32,000 nt of DNA from an uncultured Erysipelotrichaceae bacterium. Its GTDB lineage: Bacteria; Bacillota_I; Bacilli_A; Erysipelotrichales; Erysipelotrichaceae. Positions within the stretch are counted from its first letter, which is position 1. Each line of letters begins with the position of its first letter. The notes under the pieces were generated by a model. It was not told where the DNA came from, made no database searches, and was given only the letters and a program-made list of their open reading frames with translations. This document shows positions 16,179 through 24,984 of the stretch, piece by piece. The position numbers were made by a program, and so were the translations under genes. Where the stretch lies: the NCBI GenBank assembly GCA_964401865.1, contig CAYNZZ010000011.1, positions 1 through 32,000 of the forward strand. Reading direction: 5' to 3'.

Positions 16179-17285
16179 ATGAAAGTTATTCTAGAACATG
16201 TAACTAAGAAATTTAAGAATCACGATAAGAAAAAAGATGATATCATAGCTGTCAATGATTTTACTTTTGAGATACCTGATGGAAAATTGGTTGGCTTGTT
16301 AGGACCATCTGGCTGCGGTAAGTCAACGACTTTAAATTTAATATGCGGTTTATTGACAGTTGATAGTGGCAAAATTTACTTTGGTGATAACGATGTTACA
16401 TACTTAGCTCCTGAACACCGTGGAGTTGGTTTGGTATTCCAGAATTATGCTTTATATCCACATTTAAGTGTTAAAGATAATATTATTTTTCCGCTTGGCA
16501 ATTTAAAAGGTAAAGAAAAGCTGAGTAAGGAACAAATGTATAAAAAAGCCTTAGAAGTGGCAAAACTAGTGCAGATCGAAGAATTGATGGATAGAAAACC
16601 TAATGAACTATCCGGTGGTCAGCAACAGCGTGTTGCCATCGCCCGTGCGCTGGTAAAGATGCCCAGTGTGTTATTGCTGGATGAACCTTTATCTAATTTA
16701 GACGCGAGGCTTAGACTTCAAACTAGGGAAGAAATTCGCCGTATCCAGCAAGAAACCAAAATCACGACTATTTTTGTAACTCACGATCAAGATGAAGCAA
16801 TGAGCATTTGTGATCATATTGTCGTGATGAAAAATGGTTTAATGATGCAGATGGGCAAACCGCAGGAAGTGTATGACAATCCTGAGAATTTGTTTGTGGC
16901 AAAGTTTTTGGGCAATCCACCGATTAATGTGTTTAAAGGCTTTATCAAAGACGAAAAGTTATTCGTTGGTAATGATGAAATTATGCATGTTAAAGGTATT
17001 GGTGATAGAGAAGTATATGTCGCAATTCGTCCCGAGGGTTTTGTGTGTGATGAAAATGGTAGATTAAATGGAAAATTCATAAGAGAAGAAGTTATGGGGC
17101 GTGATAAAAGTGTCATTTTTTCTCATTCAGGTAGTGAAACCGAAACCATTAGGGCTATCATTCCGTCAGAAAGTGTATTTTCGCTTAAAGACGGAATCGT
17201 AAAATTAAACATTAAACCTCACAAGATATTCTTATTTGACATCAATGATGAAACTCGTATTGAGGTAAGCGATGGAAAAGAATAA
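16179..17285 (+). CDS. Sugar-type ABC transporter ATP-binding protein (MsmX/UgpC/MalK-like)
   Basis: GPSGCGKST (Walker A), LSGGQQQRVAIARAL (signature), LLLDEPLS (Walker B), and a C-terminal MalK-like regulatory/TOBE region. Confidence 0.92.
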   Translation: MKVILEHVTKKFKNHDKKKDDIIAVNDFTFEIPDGKLVGLLGPSGCGKSTTLNLICGLLTVDSGKIYFGDNDVTYLAPEHRGVGLVFQNYALYPHLSVKDNIIFPLGNLKGKEKLSKEQMYKKALEVAKLVQIEELMDRKPNELSGGQQQRVAIARALVKMPSVLLLDEPLSNLDARLRLQTREEIRRIQQETKITTIFVTHDQDEAMSICDHIVVMKNGLMMQMGKPQEVYDNPENLFVAKFLGNPPINVFKGFIKDEKLFVGNDEIMHVKGIGDREVYVAIRPEGFVCDENGRLNGKFIREEVMGRDKSVIFSHSGSETETIRAIIPSESVFSLKDGIVKLNIKPHKIFLFDINDETRIEVSDGKE

Positions 17286-18162
17286 TAAAAAAGCTTGGTT
17301 ATACTTGCTACCGGCCATATTATTTTTAGCGGTATTTATGATTTATCCTTTAATAGATGTTTTTATCTATTCTTTTGAAGAGGGATATAATTCGGCATCT
17401 CAGAGCTATTTTGGAATTGGCCTATATAACTATCAGTACATTTTGCGTGACCCCTATTTTATTCAAGCGTTAAACAACACCATTATCTTGGTATTTATTA
17501 CAGTACCGGTATCAACTATTATTTCTTTACTTATTTCTTTGGCACTTAGCTCAATAAAGAAACTAAGAGATCTGTTTCAAACGATATATTTTTTGCCGTA
17601 TGTTACAAATACCTTAGCAGTAGGACTGGTATTCATGATTTTATTTAAACCTACTGCTTACAGTGATGGATTGATGAATATGCTTCTTGGTTTATTTAAT
17701 ATTAGCCCTATTGATTTTATTAATGGTCCTTATTGGGCTAAGATGCTGGTTTTATGCATCTATACTATTTGGGTAGTTATGCCTTTCAAGATTCTGATTT
17801 TAACCAGCGCTTTAGCTTCAGTTGATAAAGAATACTATGATGCTGCTAAAATTGATGGCACTAGTAAACTTAGAACCTTCTTTAAGATTACCTTACCAAT
17901 GATTTCGCCAATGTTATTTTATCTAGTTATCACTGGTTTTATTGGAGCTTTTAAAGCTTATTCTGATGCGGTTGCCTTATTTGGGACAAATCTTAATGCA
18001 GCCGAAATGAACACGATTGTAGGTTATATATACGATATGTTATATGGAGCTGCTGGTGGTTATCCATCTTTTGCGTCGGCGGCGGCGATTGTATTATTTA
18101 TCATTGTCCTAACCATTACTTGTATCAATATTATCGTTTCGCGAAAATATGTGCATTATTGA
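17272..18162 (+). CDS. Carbohydrate ABC transporter permease (MalF/UgpA-like)
   Basis: Multi-TM protein with the EAA-type loop DAAKIDGTSKLRTFFKITLP. Confidence 0.88.
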   Translation: MEKNNKKAWLYLLPAILFLAVFMIYPLIDVFIYSFEEGYNSASQSYFGIGLYNYQYILRDPYFIQALNNTIILVFITVPVSTIISLLISLALSSIKKLRDLFQTIYFLPYVTNTLAVGLVFMILFKPTAYSDGLMNMLLGLFNISPIDFINGPYWAKMLVLCIYTIWVVMPFKILILTSALASVDKEYYDAAKIDGTSKLRTFFKITLPMISPMLFYLVITGFIGAFKAYSDAVALFGTNLNAAEMNTIVGYIYDMLYGAAGGYPSFASAAAIVLFIIVLTITCINIIVSRKYVHY

Positions 18163-18169
18163 GGTTTTT

Positions 18170-19042
18170 ATGAAAAAAAAGACTTATGAATCTTTGATTG
18201 CGAAAGAAAATCGAAAAAAGAAATTTTGGAACTTTTTTAAGTACATCTTTTTAATTTTTTGGGCAATCGTAGTATTATTTCCGTTTTATTGGATGATATT
18301 GTCATCACTTAAATCTTATAGTGCATACAACACTGAATATATACCGCAGTTTATTACTTTGAATCCAACTTTAGAAAATTATGCTTATGCTTTAAATGAA
18401 GTGCCGCTATTAAAATATTTTTTTAATACTTTAATATTTGCGATCATTACAACAATGATTATGCTAGTGGTTACTGTTTTAGCGGCCTATGCATTTGCTA
18501 GACTTAAATTTAGAGGCAAAAACCTATTGTTTACCATCTTTTTATCTTTAATGATGATTCCTAATGAATTGGTTATAATTACAAATTTTGTCACCATTAC
18601 CAATTGGAATATGCGCAATACCTTCATAGGACTCATTCTTCCATCGATAACTTCTGTCTTTTACATTTATCTTTTAAAGGAAAATTTCTCGCAGGTACCA
18701 GATGAATTGTACTATGCTGCCAAGGTAGATGGCACTAGTGATTTTAAGTATTTGTTTAAAGTTATGATACCGATATGTAAGCCAACTATCATTACGATAA
18801 CCATCTTAAAGATTATTGAATGTTGGAACTCCTATGTTTGGCCTAGATTAATCACTGATAATCAAAATTATTTTCTAGTATCAAATGGAATACAGACTAT
18901 TCGTGAGTCGGGATTTGGCCGTGAAAATATACCGGCTATGATGGCGGCGGTAGTAATGATTTCGATTCCTCTGATTATTCTGTTTTTAATTTTTAGAAAG
19001 AAAATTATGCAGGGAGTATCTAAAGGAGGATTAAAAGGATGA
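18170..19042 (+). CDS. Carbohydrate ABC transporter permease (MalG/UgpE-like)
   Basis: Multi-TM protein with YYAAKVDGTSDFKYLFKVMIP. I prefer the ATG at 18170 (GAGG upstream) over the track start at 18149. Confidence 0.88.
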   Translation: MKKKTYESLIAKENRKKKFWNFFKYIFLIFWAIVVLFPFYWMILSSLKSYSAYNTEYIPQFITLNPTLENYAYALNEVPLLKYFFNTLIFAIITTMIMLVVTVLAAYAFARLKFRGKNLLFTIFLSLMMIPNELVIITNFVTITNWNMRNTFIGLILPSITSVFYIYLLKENFSQVPDELYYAAKVDGTSDFKYLFKVMIPICKPTIITITILKIIECWNSYVWPRLITDNQNYFLVSNGIQTIRESGFGRENIPAMMAAVVMISIPLIILFLIFRKKIMQGVSKGGLKG

Positions 19043-20616
19043 AGAAGATTATACTATGTCTTTTGATGTTTGTTTCTTTATCTGCTTGCCATGGTTCTAA
19101 AGATATCGGAACTTTTACAGTTTTGGATAATTTTGATGAAAGTGTGAATTACGAACTGACTTTTTGGGCGAAAAATGACACTAATAAAACACAGGTTGCC
19201 ATTTATGAAAAAGCGATTTCAGACTTTGAAGAACTATATCCCAATATTAAAATCAATCTTAGATTATATACCGATTATGGTCGAATATATAATGATGTAA
19301 TCACTAATATTCAAACCGGCACTACGCCGAATGTTTGCATCACTTATCCTGATCATATCGCTACTTATATCAGCGGTGATGATATTGTTGTTCCGCTCGA
19401 TAAGCTAATCGAAGATGAAAAATATGGATTGGGTGGCAAGGAATTGAAGTTTCAAAGCGTTAAGAAAGACGAGATAATTTCTAGTTTTTTAAAAGAAGGT
19501 GAAATAAAGGGCGTTAGCTATGCTTTACCTTTTATGCGTTCCACTGAAGCTTGTTATGTAAATAAGACTTATGTTGAAAAGTTAGGGTTTGAAATACCTG
19601 AAATTCTTACGTGGGATTTTATTTATGAAGTTTCCACTAAAGCGATGGAAAAAGATGATAATGGCAATTTTCTTGTTAATGGTCAGAATATTTTAATTCC
19701 GGTTATTTATAAGTCAACTGATAATATGATGATTCAAAGTTTATACCAGTTGGGCGAGTTTTATACTGATGAAAATGCTAACATCGGATTATTTAATGAT
19801 ACAACCAAAGAAATATTGTTTAAGATTGCCGATGCTACTGAAAAAGGATTATTTTCGACATTTAAAATTTCAAGCTATCCTGCTAATTTTTTGAATGCAG
19901 GGCAATGCATCTTCGCTATTGATTCAACAGCTGGTGCTACATGGATGGGCAGTGAAGCACCACTAATTGATATTAGCGAAGATAAGATTGTTAATTTTGA
20001 AACGGTAGTAAAAGAAGTTCCACAACTAGATGTAGATAATATCAAGATGATATCACAGGGTCCTTCACTATGCATTTTTAACAAGGAAGATAAAGGCGAA
20101 GTATTGGCTTCATGGATATTTATGCAATATCTTTTGACTAACGAAGTGCAAATAGCTTATGCAGAAACTGAAGGCTATGTTCCGGTTACAAATAATGCTT
20201 TAAATGATAGCTCATATCAAGAATATCTAAATAGCGAAGGCATGGACAGTGATGCTCATTACGATGTTAAGATCAAGGCTTCTAAGATGCTTCTTGAACA
20301 TCTTGATGATACTTTTGTGACGGATGTCTATAATGGTTCGGCTTCACTTCGCGATGCTGCTGGGCAACTGATTGAAAATGTGGTCAAATCCGTCAGAAGA
20401 AAAGAGACGATTGATGATAAATATATGGAGAATCTGTTTAATGATGTCGCTTCTTTATATCATTTAGATCAAATTGGAGGAAATCAGGAAATAAACAGAG
20501 AGCTTGGCCCTCTGCCTACGACATCAATTGTATTGATTAGTGTTTTAGCTATTATTTGGATTTTGATTGTTAGCTATTTTATAAATGATAGGGCTGCCAA
20601 TAAGCATAAGTCGTAA
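19039..20616 (+). CDS. Extracellular solute-binding lipoprotein of the ABC importer, with an additional C-terminal LPTTS + TM + basic tail
   Basis: Signal peptide with lipobox MKKIILCLLMFVSLSAC. Family-1 SBP-like body (LTFWAKND..., 525 aa). C-terminus: LPTTSIVLISVLAIIWILIVSYFINDRAANKHKS. Confidence 0.8.
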   Translation: MKKIILCLLMFVSLSACHGSKDIGTFTVLDNFDESVNYELTFWAKNDTNKTQVAIYEKAISDFEELYPNIKINLRLYTDYGRIYNDVITNIQTGTTPNVCITYPDHIATYISGDDIVVPLDKLIEDEKYGLGGKELKFQSVKKDEIISSFLKEGEIKGVSYALPFMRSTEACYVNKTYVEKLGFEIPEILTWDFIYEVSTKAMEKDDNGNFLVNGQNILIPVIYKSTDNMMIQSLYQLGEFYTDENANIGLFNDTTKEILFKIADATEKGLFSTFKISSYPANFLNAGQCIFAIDSTAGATWMGSEAPLIDISEDKIVNFETVVKEVPQLDVDNIKMISQGPSLCIFNKEDKGEVLASWIFMQYLLTNEVQIAYAETEGYVPVTNNALNDSSYQEYLNSEGMDSDAHYDVKIKASKMLLEHLDDTFVTDVYNGSASLRDAAGQLIENVVKSVRRKETIDDKYMENLFNDVASLYHLDQIGGNQEINRELGPLPTTSIVLISVLAIIWILIVSYFINDRAANKHKS

Positions 20617-20695
20617 TAATTTCAGATAAAGTTCATATACAAAATAAAAAATAGTATATAATAACAATGTTCGTATGAACAAAAAGGAGAAGAAA

Positions 20696-21496
20696 ATGAA
20701 AAAAATTTCTGTATTACTCATGTCACTACTTATGGCATTTGCATTAACTGCATGTGGTTCATCAAACAATGATCCAAAGCCAACTGATACAACTACTCCG
20801 GAACCAACCGAAACAACAGACTCTAGCGATTCAATTGATTCTAGCAAGGCTATTAATTATGAAACCTACTTAGCAACTGCACTTGATGAAGAAGTTGTTG
20901 TAGAAACTTATGTACAGGCTACCCAATCTTGGTGGGATAATCAGATCACAATCTACTCACAAGATAAAGATGGTGGCGCATATTTCATCTATAATGCTAA
21001 ATGTTCTGAAGAAGATGCAGAAAAACTAGTTCCCGGTACAAAGATTCTTGTTCAAGGATATAAGGGTGAATGGGCCGGAGAAGTAGAGATCATGGATGCT
21101 CATTTTGAAATTATTGAAGGTGATACATTTGTATCTGAACCTATCGATGCTACTGATAAATTAGGGACTGATGAATTATCTTCATTGCAAAACCAAAAAG
21201 TTTCATTCACTGGTTTAACCGTTGAACCATCTGTTGATCCTGAAGGAAAAGAGGTGGCTTTCTTATACAGTTATGACGGTTCAGGAACAAGAGAAGGCAA
21301 TTCTGACCTTTACTTCAATGTTTCTTTAAATGGCGAAACTTATTCGTTTGTAGTTGAATCTTATTTAACAAACAACGAAAGTGAAGTTTATAAGGCTGTT
21401 GAAAACTTAAATATTGGTGATGTAATTGATTGTGAAGGTTTCTTGTACTGGTATGAAGGAGTTAATCCACACATCACTTCAATTAGTGTTAAATAA
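20696..21496 (+). CDS. Lipoprotein with two OB-fold-like repeats, hypothetical
   Basis: AAGGAG then ATG 20696. MKKISVLLMSLLMAFALTAC (lipobox) and a low-complexity T/P/S/D linker. Two similar modules end in GTKILVQGYKGEWAGEVEI and GDVIDCEGFLYWYEGVNPHI. Confidence 0.7.
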   Translation: MKKISVLLMSLLMAFALTACGSSNNDPKPTDTTTPEPTETTDSSDSIDSSKAINYETYLATALDEEVVVETYVQATQSWWDNQITIYSQDKDGGAYFIYNAKCSEEDAEKLVPGTKILVQGYKGEWAGEVEIMDAHFEIIEGDTFVSEPIDATDKLGTDELSSLQNQKVSFTGLTVEPSVDPEGKEVAFLYSYDGSGTREGNSDLYFNVSLNGETYSFVVESYLTNNESEVYKAVENLNIGDVIDCEGFLYWYEGVNPHITSISVK

Positions 21497-21539
21497 ACGA
21501 AAGTTTTATTTCTTAATTAAAGCAAAGGGTTTAGAGTAA

Positions 21540-22226
21540 TATCTAAGCTCTTTTTATAACCCGTTGTGCAAACGCTTACATTATTGTATTTTTGAAATAA
21601 ATACAAGTAGTTCTTTTAAGTTTTCGGATTTTACTTATAAAGATATGCAAACTTATTTGATTAATTTGAAAACCAAAAACTACTGGCATACTAAGTTAGT
21701 GTTTGAAATGTTTGGAATGGAGTTATAAAACGAAAATAAAACAAATTATTGGGATAAAAATAAAACAGGTTTTTCTAATTTGACTACCAAAAGTGGAACG
21801 AGTTTAGTATATGAAATCGAAGAATATGTTCCGTTAAAGGCTGATAAAACAGGAACCTACTTATCCACATTAGTTAATGGCATGAGAAATTACATCGCTA
21901 GCAAGGGGTTTAGTTATGCGGTTAATTCATATTCATGTGATTTAGATAACGATACTTTGCCTGAAAACTATATTTTTACTGTTAAACAAGATATTTTGAA
22001 TGAAAGACCATCAATTGTCATAGTTGGCAAAGAATCGCAGTATCTTTATGAAGATGGGACTCCGTTGGGTAATGGTGTTAATCATGCGTTGCTAGTTAAA
22101 GGAATGACCTATGCAACAGATTCTTCTATGGATGAGATAATAAAATATATTGTTTGGGATCCATATAATTGGGAAGCTAGACAGAATTGTGCGGTATATT
22201 CTATAATTAGGATTAACATATGGTGA
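21540..22226 (+). pseudogene. Probable decayed papain-fold cysteine peptidase gene (C10/C39/C47-like C-terminal half retained)
   Basis: The 148-codon ORF (21780-22226, TTG start, no RBS) carries GVNHALLVKG and IVWDPYNW, which look like His and Asp/Asn blocks. The same frame stays open upstream back to 21540 (...NPLCKRLHYC...) apart from one TAA at 21726-21728. No start codon exists for the upstream part. Confidence 0.3.
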
Positions 22227-22978
22227 ACGGAATTAACTTTTTAAAGATGACATTGTCTGTTAGTTTTTCTGTTTTTTTAGTCGCTTGTAGCGATGCAAAT
22301 TCTATATCACCAGAAATTACGCCAACCGTTCAAACACCAGCCTGTATTGGCATTGAAGAAGTTCCTTATGCATTTTGTGAATATAAAGAAGAACCGTTTG
22401 AGTATGATAATTCTTGGAGTAAAAATAAACTTTTATATGAAGGACATTTTGAATATTTGGATTATGATGTTTTTAACGGATTTAATAAAGAATACTTTAC
22501 TCAGGGAGATTCCTTGCCGATTGTAAAGAGTAGAGATTGTTTAAAAAAATATGATAATAGTGATGAATTGCTTGGCTATAAAAGCGAAGATGAATGTGTT
22601 TGTGAAATATTAAATGATGAACAATACTATTACGATATTAACGAAGCGATTAAAGGCATAGATATTAATGCGAATTTTAATTATGTTTATTATCCAAGTG
22701 GTTTTCCAACCGATTTTGGAATCGCTTATAAAGATACGCTATTTTATAAAGCGACGAACCTAGGTGAAAATATTATTCCGATACCTTCTTGTTACAGGGA
22801 TTTGTGGTTTGTTGGGAAAAATGAATTCTACCAAAATCCTAGTCAATTATTGAAAAAAATAGTTAGAAATGGTGAAAGAAATATGTTTTTAGAGCTTTTT
22901 GCGTGCGAAACAGAGGATTGTTTTTTCTTATCAGTAAGACTTGATGGCGTGTTAGCATATGGATATGTTATTAAATGA
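22220..22978 (+). CDS. Cys-rich lipoprotein, hypothetical
   Basis: MTLSVSFSVFLVAC (lipobox). No recognisable catalytic motif. Overlaps the upstream ORF by 7 nt. Start is ATG 22220 or 22247. Confidence 0.55.
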   Translation: MVNGINFLKMTLSVSFSVFLVACSDANSISPEITPTVQTPACIGIEEVPYAFCEYKEEPFEYDNSWSKNKLLYEGHFEYLDYDVFNGFNKEYFTQGDSLPIVKSRDCLKKYDNSDELLGYKSEDECVCEILNDEQYYYDINEAIKGIDINANFNYVYYPSGFPTDFGIAYKDTLFYKATNLGENIIPIPSCYRDLWFVGKNEFYQNPSQLLKKIVRNGERNMFLELFACETEDCFFLSVRLDGVLAYGYVIK

Positions 22979-23054
22979 TAGTTTGAACATATTTTAAATA
23001 TATTTAAACTTAACAAATTACACAAACTTTTGTAAATTGTTTTATAATTTATCT

Positions 23055-23822
23055 ATGAAACAGGAATATATTGCTTTATTAATGGCATTAGGTGCTGGCA
23101 TGGCGACGCTTATTGGTGGTTTTATCGTTTTCTTTACTAATGATAAAAACGAAAAGATGCTATCAATATGTTTGGGGTTGGCTTGTGGTGTGATGCTTAG
23201 CGTGTCTTTTTTAGATTTATATCCAAGTGGAGTGGAGTCACTAAAAATAGCTTATAGTGAAAATATTGCTATATTGATTGGTGTTATAGCTTTTGCTTTG
23301 GGTATTATTACAAGTGCTTTACTAGACCATTTTGTGCCTCATGATGTCGATGAACATCACAATGCCGAACATCAAGATTTATATCGCTTAGGTATGTTTT
23401 CAATGATCGCTATTGCATTGCATAATTTTCCTGAAGGTATTGCCACTTATGTATCGTCGCTTAATGATTTGACACTTGGAATGAGTATTATGATAGCTAT
23501 TACTTTGCATAATATTCCCGAAGGAATTGTGGTAGCCATTCCAGTTTACTATGCAACTAAGAATAAACTAAAAGCTATTTTCTATACTTTTGTGAGTGGT
23601 TTTAGCGAATTTATTGGTGCTTTTTTAGCTTTCTTGGTTTTAGGCCCATTTATATCTGATGCGCTGTTAGGAATTTTGCTGGTTTTTGTGGGTGGATTGA
23701 TGGTTTATATCGCTTTAGAAGAGTTGCTTCCAGAATCTAGACAATATGGCTATTCAAGGGTTGCACTGTGGGCGATGTTTGTTGGCATTTTGATTATGCC
23801 ATTAACTCATGCGATATTATAA
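23055..23822 (+). CDS. zupT: ZIP-family zinc transporter ZupT
   Basis: HNFPEGIATY and HNIPEGIVVA (paired ZIP metal-binding helices) and a His-rich loop HDVDEHHNAEH. ATG 23055 has no Shine-Dalgarno; TATAAT (23043-23048) sits 6 nt upstream. Confidence 0.9.
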   Translation: MKQEYIALLMALGAGMATLIGGFIVFFTNDKNEKMLSICLGLACGVMLSVSFLDLYPSGVESLKIAYSENIAILIGVIAFALGIITSALLDHFVPHDVDEHHNAEHQDLYRLGMFSMIAIALHNFPEGIATYVSSLNDLTLGMSIMIAITLHNIPEGIVVAIPVYYATKNKLKAIFYTFVSGFSEFIGAFLAFLVLGPFISDALLGILLVFVGGLMVYIALEELLPESRQYGYSRVALWAMFVGILIMPLTHAIL

Positions 23823-23825
23823 AAA

Positions 23826-23845
23826 AATCCTCATTGCTGAGGATT
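23826..23845. terminator. Terminator shared by convergent zupT and ispG (stronger for ispG)
   Basis: AATCCTCA (23826-23833) / TGAGGATT (23838-23845), loop TTGC. The A7 run at 23821-23827 gives a U-run on the minus-strand transcript. The ispG stop codon lies inside the stem. Confidence 0.7.
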
Positions 23846-24898
23846 GAATTCTTCGATTTCTTTCTTTAATATTTCAAATATTTGATCTTGAGGGATGGAT
23901 TTTATAATCTGTCCTTTTTTAAACAAAATAGCTGCATCTTTTCCGCCGGCTACTCCAATATCAGCTCTTGAAGCTTCTTGAGGTCCATTAACTGGACAAC
24001 CCATAATAGCGACAGTGATATCTTTATTGACAGTATCAAGGTATTTTTCCATTTTTCTGACGATAGGCAACATATCGTATTGAATTCTGCCACAAGTAGG
24101 GCATGCGACTAAAGTTGGAACATCTTTTTTCAGATTACATGTTTTTAATAATTTTTTGCATACCTTTATTTCTTCGATCGGATCATCACTTACTGATATT
24201 CTCATTGTGTCGCCTATACCATCTAATAATAGGTTACCAAGAGCTAAAGATGACTTAATTGCTGAATCTAAAAGTCCTCCTGCCTCGGTTACTCCTAAGT
24301 GCAAAGGATAATCAAAGGTTTCGGCAGCTAAACGATATGCTTTTATCGTTTCTAAAGCATCTGATGATTTAAATGAAAGACAAATATCATGGAAATCAAG
24401 CGATTCAAGTATTTTGATATGATCCTTAGCGCTTTCGATCATTGCTTCTTCGGAGTGTTTGTACTTCTTGTTTAATGAACCGGCATTTATGCCTATTCTT
24501 ATTGGAATATTTCTTTGTTTACACAATTTTACAATCTCTTTAATCTTAGATTCATCTTCGATATTTCCTGGATTAAGACGAATTTTATCGACACCATTTA
24601 AAATGGCGGCAATTGCAAAATCGGGATTGAAATGGATGTCGGCAACAATTGGTACTGATACTTGTTTTTTTATCTCTTTGATTGCCGTTGCATCATCGAG
24701 ATCGAGTATTGCAACACGAACAATTTCAGTTCCAATATCGCTCAAGGCATTTATTTGTTTGACTGTTTCTTTAATATTCTTGGTTTTGGTGTTGGTCATT
24801 GATTGGATAACAACTTTGTTTTGTCCGCCAATCAAGATATTTCCGACTTTGACAGGACGAGTTTCAATTCTTTTTTTCATATTTCCATTATACACCAT
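23831..24898 (-). CDS. ispG: 4-hydroxy-3-methylbut-2-en-1-yl diphosphate synthase (MEP pathway)
   Basis: RPVKVGNILIGGQNKVVIQSMTNT, RVAI, CPTCGR, IMGCPVNGPQEA. The start is ambiguous (ATG 24898 or 24880). Confidence 0.93.
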   Translation of the reverse strand: MVYNGNMKKRIETRPVKVGNILIGGQNKVVIQSMTNTKTKNIKETVKQINALSDIGTEIVRVAILDLDDATAIKEIKKQVSVPIVADIHFNPDFAIAAILNGVDKIRLNPGNIEDESKIKEIVKLCKQRNIPIRIGINAGSLNKKYKHSEEAMIESAKDHIKILESLDFHDICLSFKSSDALETIKAYRLAAETFDYPLHLGVTEAGGLLDSAIKSSLALGNLLLDGIGDTMRISVSDDPIEEIKVCKKLLKTCNLKKDVPTLVACPTCGRIQYDMLPIVRKMEKYLDTVNKDITVAIMGCPVNGPQEASRADIGVAGGKDAAILFKKGQIIKSIPQDQIFEILKKEIEEFNPQQ

Positions 24899-24927
24899 TA
24901 AAATCTTTTAGATATTTATTATTTGTG

Positions 24928-24936
24928 TGGTAAAAT
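24928..24936 (+). promoter_or_regulatory. Candidate extended -10 element for glgP-pulA
   Basis: TGgTAAAAT at 24928-24936, about 50 nt upstream of the glgP ATG. The -35 is weak. Confidence 0.3.
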
Positions 24937-24984
24937 GTTTTTGCATTAAAACTATTAAAAATGGATATACAGGAGGATAATTAG

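Noticed and set aside
20545-20847. 100-aa minus-strand ORF spanning the binding-protein/lipoprotein intergenic region.
   Set aside because: It overlaps two plus-strand genes that have clear signal peptides. Its repetitive V/S/G stretch is the complement of the T/P/S/D linker. It has no RBS.
21531-21555. Possible terminator after the OB-repeat lipoprotein gene: TTAGA / TCTAA stem, then GCTCTTTTT.
   Set aside because: The stem is only 5 bp and AT-rich, too weak to call with confidence.
24459-24911. 150-aa plus-strand ORF opposite ispG.
   Set aside because: It is fully antisense to a well-supported ispG and has hydrophobic, low-information sequence, as expected from the reverse frame of an AT-rich gene.
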